From: a bacterium
Lineage (GTDB): Bacteria > DRYD01
Assembly (NCBI GenBank): GCA_039630415.1
Contig: JBCNVB010000010.1
Span: 1 to 13,362 of the forward strand
Direction: 5' to 3'
Length of the DNA stretch: 13,362 nt
Below, one piece after another: positions 6,144-13,362 of the stretch. Within the stretch, counting starts at the first letter, position 1; each line of letters begins with the position of its first letter. The notes below the pieces were generated by a model, which saw only the letters and a program-made list of their open reading frames with translations, was not told the DNA's origin and ran no database searches. Position numbers and translations under genes: made by a program.

Positions 6144-7154
6144 TTATACTTTAAGTATTTGTTTAGCCATATAGTGAACTAGATCTGCGACTCTGGTGGC
6201 ATATCCCATTTCATTGTCGTACCAGGCTAATATCTTTACCATATTTTGGTTTATAACTTGAGTAGATAGTCCATCAACAATAGAAGAGTAAGTAGATCCT
6301 TTGAAGTCCATAGAAACAAGAGGTTCTTCAGTATAAGCCAATATACCTTTAAGATAAGTTTCTGAAGCTTCTTTAAGTGCTTGATTAACTTGCTGTGGAG
6401 TAACTGTCTTTTCGGTTAGTACTACAAAATCTACGAGTGAGACGGTAGGAGTCGGAACTCTGATTGCTATACCCGTAAATTTTCCTTTGAGTTCTGGTAT
6501 TACTTTTTCAACGGCTTGAGCTGCTCCGGTAGTAGTTGGTATCATATTCATAGCAGCAGCTCTTGCCCTTCTTAGATCTTTGTGAGCTATATCTAGTATT
6601 CTTTGATCATTCGTATATGAGTGAATAGTAGTCATATGTCCTGCTACTATACCAAAATTTTGGAAGATTACCTTAGCTACTGGAGCAAGACAGTTAGTAG
6701 TGCAGGAAGCGTTGGATATTATAGTGTGTTTAGAAGGGTCGTAACTTTTTTCATTTACTCCAAGAACTATGGTTATATCTTCACCTTTTGCAGGGGCAGT
6801 AATTATTACCTTCTTAGCACCAGCTTTTAAATGTTTTTCTGCTTTTTCTCTGTCTGTAAACTTACCTGTGGACTCAATAACTACGTCTATGTTTAGGTCT
6901 TTCCAAGGTAATTTTTCAGGATCAGATTCTTGGAAAACCTTTATCTTTTTGCCATTTATTTGTATATAATCTTGACCGTAAGATACCTCACCCTCATATG
7001 TTCCATAGGTACTATCATATTTAAACAAGAAAGCATTGGTTTCAGGGTCAACCAAATCATTTATAGCTACTAATTCAAACTCTGGATATTTAGATAATAT
7101 AGCTTTAGCGGTTAGCCTTCCGATTCTTCCGAAACCGTTTATAGCTATTTTCAT
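6144..7154 (-). CDS. gap: Type I glyceraldehyde-3-phosphate dehydrogenase
   Basis: INGFGRIGR, catalytic [16 protein letters not shown] and WYDNE. The start is moved to ATG 7154 because the ORF-track GTG (7163) lies inside the SD AGGAGGT. Confidence 0.98.
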   Translation of the reverse strand: MKIAINGFGRIGRLTAKAILSKYPEFELVAINDLVDPETNAFLFKYDSTYGTYEGEVSYGQDYIQINGKKIKVFQESDPEKLPWKDLNIDVVIESTGKFTDREKAEKHLKAGAKKVIITAPAKGEDITIVLGVNEKSYDPSKHTIISNASCTTNCLAPVAKVIFQNFGIVAGHMTTIHSYTNDQRILDIAHKDLRRARAAAMNMIPTTTGAAQAVEKVIPELKGKFTGIAIRVPTPTVSLVDFVVLTEKTVTPQQVNQALKEASETYLKGILAYTEEPLVSMDFKGSTYSSIVDGLSTQVINQNMVKILAWYDNEMGYATRVADLVHYMAKQILKV

Positions 7155-7161
7155 TCTTGGC

Positions 7162-7168
7162 ACCTCCT
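7162..7168 (-). promoter_or_regulatory. Shine-Dalgarno site of gap
   Basis: AGGAGGT 7 nt upstream of ATG 7154. Confidence 0.85.
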
Positions 7169-7175
7169 ATATTTT

Positions 7176-8630
7176 TTAGTATTTGATAGATTCTTTAAGA
7201 TAACTACTTGTTATTGGGGAGTTTTGCTTTATGTACTGTACAATAATATCTCTTGCGTATCCATAATTTTGTATTATTGGGCATGAAGAAAATTCAGTGT
7301 ATCCATCTCCTCCGTAGTAGAGAAAGTCCACAGTTGCTATAGTATATTCGTTTTCGTCTTGTATGGGTTTTCCTTTTAAGAACCATTTACCCTCTTTTTT
7401 TTCGAGATCTATGTTATAATGAAGCCTAGTTTTTTTAGATTCTAGATTGTCTAGTAGCTTTACTATTTGTTCTCCTTTCATTTTGAATTTAACTACTGTA
7501 TTTTCGAAGGGTAAGATGCTAAATACTTGTCCATAAGTTATGTCGCCTTTGTTGAGTGTATCTCTAATACCTCCGTGGTTATAGAAAGCTATATCTGAGT
7601 TAGTATAAGCAGCTATTACGTTGGTGATAAAGCTTCCCAAGTTGGTTTCTATTGACTTACTGTTTTTATCAAGCGTTACTTCTGACTTACCAATTATTTG
7701 GTTTGCTTGTTTTTGTGCTTCTAGGATATAGTTTTCTATTTTTTTTGATGCTTGTTTATCCGGAGTTATTATAGCATTTATTGTAGGGTAGAGGTTACAG
7801 ATAAAGTTTTTTATTTGTTTATCTTGAATATGTAGTTTTATATGACCTACATACCTTCCGTAGGATCCTGCTTGCACGATATAGATTTTTTTGTTATTAT
7901 TTTCAACGATGATGGGTTCAAACAATTCTGTGTGGCTATGTCCACCAATGATGATATCGACGTAGTCTACTTCTTTTGCTATTTTTTGATCTTGTTTTAT
8001 TCCACAGTGTGAAAGAGCTATAACTAGATCGGGATTATGATTTAATATTTCGTTTTTGTATTTTAGGAGCGTTTCTACGGGGTCAAGAATAGTTCTACCC
8101 CCCAAGGCTCCAGGCATAGTTATATATGGTGTTTCGGGTGTTATCAAACCTATTACAGCAATCTTGATATTAGATCTATTCAGGATAGTATAAGGCTTAA
8201 CTTTGTCAAATAATGGAGAAGAATTAGCACATAGTACTTCACTTTTTAGATTATTAACCATAGAAACAAAAGCTTCATATCCAAAATCAAACTCATGATT
8301 ACCCAAACAGATTGCGTCGAAACCAATATAATTGTATAGTTCCACTACACTTTTACCTTGAGATAGGTTTGAGTATATAGTCCCTGCACTAAAATCACCT
8401 ACATCAAAGACCAATACGTTTTTATTATTCTCTCTGAGATATTTTATTATTGAAGAGATGTATTCAGCACCAGCTACTGTATAACGGTAGTCCTTGTATA
8501 TCCTCTGCACTTCAGGAACTACTCTACCGTGAAAATCATTGATATGAATTATGTTTACTTCCTGAGCAAATACCGTCAATAAAGTTAGTAGGAATACTAT
8601 TAGTGTTGTCAAAATCCTGATCATATTCAC
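7176..8630 (-). CDS. Secreted bifunctional metallophosphoesterase/5'-nucleotidase (UshA-like)
   Basis: Signal peptide ending VFA-Q. Calcineurin-like motifs NDFHG, DVGD, GNHEFD, LSH and GGHSH. C-terminal 5'-nucleotidase domain with NHGGIR, ILPFEN and GGDGY. GTG start after GGAGG. Confidence 0.92.
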   Translation of the reverse strand: MNMIRILTTLIVFLLTLLTVFAQEVNIIHINDFHGRVVPEVQRIYKDYRYTVAGAEYISSIIKYLRENNKNVLVFDVGDFSAGTIYSNLSQGKSVVELYNYIGFDAICLGNHEFDFGYEAFVSMVNNLKSEVLCANSSPLFDKVKPYTILNRSNIKIAVIGLITPETPYITMPGALGGRTILDPVETLLKYKNEILNHNPDLVIALSHCGIKQDQKIAKEVDYVDIIIGGHSHTELFEPIIVENNNKKIYIVQAGSYGRYVGHIKLHIQDKQIKNFICNLYPTINAIITPDKQASKKIENYILEAQKQANQIIGKSEVTLDKNSKSIETNLGSFITNVIAAYTNSDIAFYNHGGIRDTLNKGDITYGQVFSILPFENTVVKFKMKGEQIVKLLDNLESKKTRLHYNIDLEKKEGKWFLKGKPIQDENEYTIATVDFLYYGGDGYTEFSSCPIIQNYGYARDIIVQYIKQNSPITSSYLKESIKY

Positions 8631-9597
8631 TTCTACCTCCCGAACTATTTTTTGAAATCTGTAGTTCTAATATTTTTTGGTATGGTATAGAGTCAAAAAC
8701 TTGCCGATATTTGATGTAATTTTGTGCTTTGATAAGAGATACGTGTAATATCACACTAAGTATGATTAAAAATATGATTTGGTGGTAAAGAATAGAAAGA
8801 GGGATAAATAACAGAGAAATATAAGCCCCTAGTTTAAGGATGTTAATTCTTGCATTTATTTTATCGATATCTCCTCCTTTTATAATAGGCAAGATTAATA
8901 TATTTTTCAGGAGCCAGAATATTCTTGAGTAGTTATAGTGACTTTTCCCGTAAAACCTTTTAGAGTGATTTACAGGAATGTTTAAGATTGATTTTTTATC
9001 AGCTTTTGCAATTATTGGCAGGAATCTGTGGTAACCCGGAGGTAGTCTAGTATCTTTTATGGTATAGTTTTTGTATACTTTTAATGAACATCCCACGTCT
9101 TTTACTTGATATCCTGATATTATTCTGATGAGTAGATTTCCTATAGAACTTATTTTTGCTCTAGTAGTTTCCTTTCTTTGTACCCTATATCCACTTACGA
9201 TTTCCACTTGATTTTGAGTTGTTATGGTTTTGAGTAGTTTAACAAGATCTTCTGGGTCATTTTGTAGATCGGAATCGATTGTTGCTATATATTTTCCTGA
9301 AGCTTTGGAAAATCCCAAACTAAGAGCAGCAGATTGACCTTCATTATACTTAAATTGATATATCTTAACAATCACGTTAAAATCATACTGTTTTTGATAA
9401 ATTTTATTTGTTTCATGTATAGTTTTGATAAGAAGTTGAGTGCTTTGGTCAGTACTACCATCATCAATAAATATTATTTCAAAATTTTCAAAATCCAGTT
9501 CTTTGTGTATTTTATCGAAAGTTTGGAGTATCCTTTGGTAAAGTAATACTAGGTTAATCTCTTCATTATGGTATGGTACAATTAAACTCAGTTGCAT
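8536..9597 (-). CDS. Family 2 glycosyltransferase (polyprenol-phosphate glycosyltransferase, DPM1/ArnC/GtrB-like)
   Basis: IVPYHNEE, IDDGSTD, NEGQSAAL, IDSDLQNDPED (DxD), VSGYR, DVGCSLK, HRFLP and RFYGKSHY, then C-terminal transmembrane segments. Confidence 0.9.
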   Translation of the reverse strand: MQLSLIVPYHNEEINLVLLYQRILQTFDKIHKELDFENFEIIFIDDGSTDQSTQLLIKTIHETNKIYQKQYDFNVIVKIYQFKYNEGQSAALSLGFSKASGKYIATIDSDLQNDPEDLVKLLKTITTQNQVEIVSGYRVQRKETTRAKISSIGNLLIRIISGYQVKDVGCSLKVYKNYTIKDTRLPPGYHRFLPIIAKADKKSILNIPVNHSKRFYGKSHYNYSRIFWLLKNILILPIIKGGDIDKINARINILKLGAYISLLFIPLSILYHQIIFLIILSVILHVSLIKAQNYIKYRQVFDSIPYQKILELQISKNSSGGRSEYDQDFDNTNSIPTNFIDGICSGSKHNSYQ

Positions 9598-9600
9598 AGC

Positions 9601-10227
9601 TTAATTATGGACTATATGTTTTTCTGCTAGTGCGATTAGCATATCAAGAGCTGCTTTGAAGCTCTTTTCATTTTGTATTATTATATCTGCATATTTTTTA
9701 GTTGGTTTGACATATTCAACATACATAGGTCTTACATAGTTTAGGTATTGGTCTATTACTTCATCTATAGTCCTTCCTCTTTCTTTTATGTCTCTGTATA
9801 TTCTTCTTATTAGTCTTATATCATCTGGTGCTTCCACGAAGATTTTGATATTACTAATCTTCCTTATTTTATCGTCATAGAGAGCAAACATTCCTTCTAC
9901 TATGATTACTGATGCAGGATACACTATTTCGTATTCATTTGTTCTTGTATACTCTGAATAGGAGTATATAGGTTTTTTTACAGGATTTCCTTTTAGAAGT
10001 TGATCCAAGTGGTTATAAAGCAATTCCCAGTCTATTGAAGAGGGGTGATCAAAATTAGTCTTTTTTCTTTCTTCCAATGAAAGATGCGAAAGGTCTTTAT
10101 AGTATGAATCCATATTAATGAGTGATATTTTACCATGTATTCCTTTAGAAGCTAGTATTTTTATTATATTGTTTGCTACTGTTGTTTTACCTGATGCAGT
10201 TCCACCAGCTATTGATATTACTAGCAT
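9601..10227 (-). CDS. udk: Uridine kinase
   Basis: P-loop IAGGTASGKTT, DSYYKD, NFDHP, IIVEG, RLIRRIYRD..ERGR and YADIII. Confidence 0.95.
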   Translation of the reverse strand: MLVISIAGGTASGKTTVANNIIKILASKGIHGKISLINMDSYYKDLSHLSLEERKKTNFDHPSSIDWELLYNHLDQLLKGNPVKKPIYSYSEYTRTNEYEIVYPASVIIVEGMFALYDDKIRKISNIKIFVEAPDDIRLIRRIYRDIKERGRTIDEVIDQYLNYVRPMYVEYVKPTKKYADIIIQNEKSFKAALDMLIALAEKHIVHN

Positions 10228-10230
10228 TTA

Positions 10231-10533
10231 CTACTTTCCTTTGTAGAATTCTTGCCATTTTGCTTTAAATTCTTCTTTATTGAGTTTGTAGTAATCCTTG
10301 TTTATTTCTATGTATATTTTGTATTCTTCAGGTACATCTTCTTCTGGGTAGATTGCTTGGACTGGGCAAACGCTTTCACAAGCTCCACAGTCGATACAAA
10401 CATCTGGATCTATATATAGTTGTGTTTCTCCTTGATCTTCTGATTCTGTTGGGTGTATGCAATCAACCGGGCATACGCTTACACATGATCTATCCTTGGT
10501 TCCTATACATTTACCAGTTATTACTCTAGTCAT
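10231..10533 (-). CDS. 7Fe ferredoxin ([3Fe-4S]+[4Fe-4S]), Azotobacter FdI/Thermus type
   Basis: C-x7-C-x3-CPVDC and C-x2-C-x2-C-x3-CP motifs. The start is placed at ATG 10533 (MTRVITGKC) with AGGAGG 8 nt upstream. The ORF-track extension to 10614 overlaps the upstream gene. Confidence 0.92.
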   Translation of the reverse strand: MTRVITGKCIGTKDRSCVSVCPVDCIHPTESEDQGETQLYIDPDVCIDCGACESVCPVQAIYPEEDVPEEYKIYIEINKDYYKLNKEEFKAKWQEFYKGK

Positions 10534-10534
10534 C

Positions 10535-11656
10535 TTATTTCCCTCCTTTCTTTTTGAGTATGTAAACCTTAACTTTTCTTCTTCCCCATTGCATAGCTTG
10601 GTTATAATCTTCAAAGTAAAGATCTATTTTGAAGCCTTTTATAGCGGATCCTATATCGAGGGCTTTGGCATATCCATATCCTTCAACGTATAATTCTGTT
10701 CCTAGGGGTATGATAGAGGGGTCAACTGCAGCTACTCCTCTTTTAACTCGATGTCCTGTATAAGTGTAATATCCAACTCCTCCAACACCTGCAGTGTATC
10801 CCGTACTTTGCATTATTAAATAATCTTTACCGTGTATATCTTTTAGCGGGCCTATACCTATCTCTACTACCTCGTTAACCGGATGAGTAAGAATCTGTTC
10901 TCTTACTAGTTCTTTTGTTTTACTTCCATCATAATCTAGTTTTAATTTATATAACCTTATTACTTTTCCTTTTTTACCCTTTCGCACTAATTTTCTACTT
11001 CCTTGAGGCAATTTATCGGTGTAAACATATTTTACAGAATAGTCTACGTATTCTTGACTCTTTTCTTGATAGGTTACATTTACCCCAACTTCGGAAGGTA
11101 GCTTATAAGCATATGAAACGAGTAGAAAATCTTCTTCAAGATCTACCAAATCTATCGATTTTATGTTTTTTATTCCCATTTTTTTGATATCCCTACTTAT
11201 GACATAGAGTATATCTTTTTTGATAGTGTCTATAGAGTAGAATGAGAAATAAGAAATAGTATATTTTTTGTTGTTAAATATTACTATCAGCTGTTTAGGT
11301 GTGTATAGTTTTTGTTTATCTAGGGCAAATGATGAAGCATGTACATTTATCCTTACGATTTTTCCTTTTCGGTAGGCATATATTCGCTTAGTTTGTTTTA
11401 TTCTTTTCAAGACATCTCGTACACTTTCTGAGAAGTCAGTGAAGATAGAATATTTTTTCCCATCAATTGTGAATTGTAATTTATACTTTTGGTATATATT
11501 AACTTCACCTATTGAGTTAAATCCAAGTTTGATTTGTTGATTATAAATACCGTGTTGATCATAGTAGTTAACGACATAGAAACTGGGTTTTCTGTATAAA
11601 ACAAAGGATAGAGTTACTAAGAGTACGGTTATTACTATTTTACTTAGTATCTTCAT
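10535..11656 (-). CDS. G5- and 3D-domain cell-wall protein (YabE/Sps-like putative lytic transglycosylase)
   Basis: N-terminal signal/anchor. G5-like segment (LPQGSRKLVRKGKKG...PVNEVVEIG). 3D domain STGYT, AAVDPSIIPLGTELYVEGYG, ALDIGSAIKG and KIDLYF, with all three Asp present. Confidence 0.88.
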   Translation of the reverse strand: MKILSKIVITVLLVTLSFVLYRKPSFYVVNYYDQHGIYNQQIKLGFNSIGEVNIYQKYKLQFTIDGKKYSIFTDFSESVRDVLKRIKQTKRIYAYRKGKIVRINVHASSFALDKQKLYTPKQLIVIFNNKKYTISYFSFYSIDTIKKDILYVISRDIKKMGIKNIKSIDLVDLEEDFLLVSYAYKLPSEVGVNVTYQEKSQEYVDYSVKYVYTDKLPQGSRKLVRKGKKGKVIRLYKLKLDYDGSKTKELVREQILTHPVNEVVEIGIGPLKDIHGKDYLIMQSTGYTAGVGGVGYYTYTGHRVKRGVAAVDPSIIPLGTELYVEGYGYAKALDIGSAIKGFKIDLYFEDYNQAMQWGRRKVKVYILKKKGGK

Positions 11657-11843
11657 CTTCTTCCATATCCTCCTCAGTTTCTATTAATCCGTACTCTTCG
11701 AGGGTTTTTTCCAGAAGCTGTATGTATAGACTTCTTTCTATGTAGCCAAGGATATAAAATACTTCTTCTTCATCCAATTTATATCCAACTAGTAAATCCA
11801 TAACTTCTTGGGCTATATCTTCTAGCTTATCTAGAGTTCTCAT
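11640..11843 (-). CDS. Small acidic hypothetical protein (67 aa)
   Basis: ATG with SD AAGGGGTG. It fills the gap between its neighbours and overlaps the next gene by 17 nt. No family recognised. Confidence 0.7.
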   Translation of the reverse strand: MRTLDKLEDIAQEVMDLLVGYKLDEEEVFYILGYIERSLYIQLLEKTLEEYGLIETEEDMEEDEDTK

Positions 11844-11856
11844 AATAACACCCCTT

Positions 11857-12594
11857 TTAGTTAACAGAGATTATTTTGTACTTAATGCTTCTATCCTGTA
11901 CCTTTAGATTGAACTCTTTTCCTATGAGAGCTTGGAATATTTTGCTTGAATCTATTTCCGCTTGTTTTAGAAATAGGTTTAGTTCTCTTAATAGTTTTTC
12001 CTTGTCACTAGCTAGTTCTCTTATTTTTTTAGTAAACTTGGAGTGATTAGATATAACTATCCACTCATTCATATTTTCTATTTGCATAGCAATAGATTCT
12101 GGGTTAGTTTCAGTAGATAAAATTTTTTCTATTTTTCTTTCGATTTCCGGTATGAATCTTTGTATTATTCTTTCTATCATCTTGGATAAGGGAGACTCGG
12201 TTGTTATTGAATATGAATTTTGATCTGGGTTAGCTTCTATTTCCTCGTATAATGGAACTATTGTAACGATTATTGTTTTAGATTGATTGGTATGTTCATC
12301 TGTTACTTCTAGGCTAAATTTTCTGCCTACAATAGGAACATCTATTGATTTCCTTATTCCCTTTACTTTTGTATATTTTTTTTCTTTCTCTTCTTCAATT
12401 TGTTCTAATCTTGATTGTAGATCAGATTTTTGTTGTTTTATTCTTATCAGATCAGCAAGAGAGAATTGATAGTCTTGATTATCTAGTGTGTCTCCTCCCT
12501 CCAGTTTAGCCTGATGAACTTCTTCCTGTTTTTCTTTTTCTTGTTGTTCTAATTTTTTTAATTTTTCGATGATTTTCTTTTTGATATCTTCCAT
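11857..12594 (-). CDS. Divergent GreA/GreB-like protein with a large insertion
   Basis: N-terminal coiled-coil hairpin with tip AKLEGGDTLDNQDY (cf. GreA ARxxGDLSENAEY). C-terminal elements IVG-x4-L, TIV..EANP..SITTESPLSK and ALIGK...YKIISV. SD GGAGGG. The CDS is solid, but the family call is by-eye alignment. Confidence 0.6.
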   Translation of the reverse strand: MEDIKKKIIEKLKKLEQQEKEKQEEVHQAKLEGGDTLDNQDYQFSLADLIRIKQQKSDLQSRLEQIEEEKEKKYTKVKGIRKSIDVPIVGRKFSLEVTDEHTNQSKTIIVTIVPLYEEIEANPDQNSYSITTESPLSKMIERIIQRFIPEIERKIEKILSTETNPESIAMQIENMNEWIVISNHSKFTKKIRELASDKEKLLRELNLFLKQAEIDSSKIFQALIGKEFNLKVQDRSIKYKIISVN

Positions 12595-12610
12595 GGTTTA
12601 CCCTCCGTGG

Positions 12611-13362
12611 TTATATATTCAAAAGTTTTCTTGCTTGATCTATTGTGGCTATGGGTCTTCCTATTTCGTTGGCAATTTTAACTATTCTTCTAACTAATTC
12701 TTGGTTAGTTGCAAGTACTCCTTTTTTGTAGTAGATATTGTCTTCTAGACCAGTTCTTACAAATCCTCCCAGAATTATAGAAGCTACATTTATGGGTAAT
12801 TGATTTTTACCTATTGCTGCAGCAGACCAAGTAAATTGTATTTTTCTTTTATTTAGTTCGTTAATCATAAATAGTAGGGTTTCCAAGGTTGCAGGTGCTC
12901 CCCACCTTACACCCAGAACAAAATCTACGTGTACTGGTTCATCCACTAAACCTTCCTTTACCAAATACTCTACCATTCCTAACATACCGATATCATACAC
13001 TTCTAATTCAGGCTTAATTTTTAACTCTTTCATTTTTAGAGCCAACTTTTTTATATATTGTGGAGTATTTACAAAAACCTCATCACCGAAGTTTAAGGTA
13101 CCAAGATTCAAAGTAGCCATATCAGGTTTTAGTTTCAGGGGTTCCATTCTCTCTTCCTCAGTCATTCCAACTGCTCCACCAGTTGTAAATTGTATTATCA
13201 TTGGTACTTCCTTTTGTATTAATTCCTTTACTTGCTTAAAATATTCCACTTTACTAGATGGAGCACCATCAGGTTCTCTTACGTGTATATGAGCTATCGT
13301 TGCACCAAGATGATAACACTCTATTGCCTGACTAGCTATTTGTTCAGGGGTTATAGGAAGAT
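12611..13362 (-). CDS. kce: 3-keto-5-aminohexanoate cleavage enzyme / BKACE (DUF849) family, 5'-truncated by the window edge
   Basis: The frame stays open to the window edge: LPITPEQIASQAIECYHLGATIAHIHVREPDG (Zn-binding HxH). Also TTGGAVG, ATLNLGTLNFGD, KPELE and VRTGLEDN. The ORF-track start at 13249 is internal. Confidence 0.9.
   Translation of the reverse strand, partial: LPITPEQIASQAIECYHLGATIAHIHVREPDGAPSSKVEYFKQVKELIQKEVPMIIQFTTGGAVGMTEEERMEPLKLKPDMATLNLGTLNFGDEVFVNTPQYIKKLALKMKELKIKPELEVYDIGMLGMVEYLVKEGLVDEPVHVDFVLGVRWGAPATLETLLFMINELNKRKIQFTWSAAAIGKNQLPINVASIILGGFVRTGLEDNIYYKKGVLATNQELVRRIVKIANEIGRPIATIDQARKLLNI

Noticed and set aside
10228-10233. TAG stop of the ferredoxin in frame with udk, suggesting read-through or fusion
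   Set aside because: The TAG is immediately followed by TAA, a double stop, and both proteins are complete on their own.
1249-12469. Short antisense ORFs in the track (1249-1704, 1933-2241, 3624-3845, 3873-4055, 5084-5341, 6621-6830, 6769-6969, 9334-9546, 10457-10693, 10915-11187, 12287-12469)
   Set aside because: All lie wholly or mostly opposite well-supported genes and show no recognisable motifs.
12591-12610. Weak hairpin CCACGG-N8-CCATGG covering the SD and start of the Gre-like gene
   Set aside because: A six-pair stem with an internal mismatch is too weak to claim as a regulatory structure.

Overview
AT-rich (about 30% GC by eye), very compact bacterial chromosomal region, mostly housekeeping genes. 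From the left: the 5' part of a minus-strand prepilin-like ORF that runs off the window edge, a tRNA-Pro(GGG) gene, and a secreted delta-60-repeat beta-propeller gene. A plus-strand cluster follows (HD phosphohydrolase, HIT protein, divergent FolC, archaeal-type endonuclease IV). It converges on a long minus-strand cluster, listed in transcription order: Kce/BKACE, a divergent Gre-like factor, a small acidic protein, a G5-3D cell-wall protein, a 7Fe ferredoxin, udk, a GT2 glycosyltransferase, a 5'-nucleotidase, gap and a NapA-type antiporter. No integrase, transposase or CRISPR array was seen. The most unusual observation is at the left end. The whole tRNA-Pro gene lies on the same strand, without stop codons, inside the reading frame leading to a type IV prepilin motif (KG|FIILE plus a hydrophobic helix), and the only in-frame ATGs are upstream of or inside the tRNA. 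The same tRNA-Pro carries a G3·U70 pair, the alanine identity element. The second highlight is a Gre-like protein with a DxxD tip and an insertion of about 80 aa. All family calls come from motif recognition by eye, not database searches.
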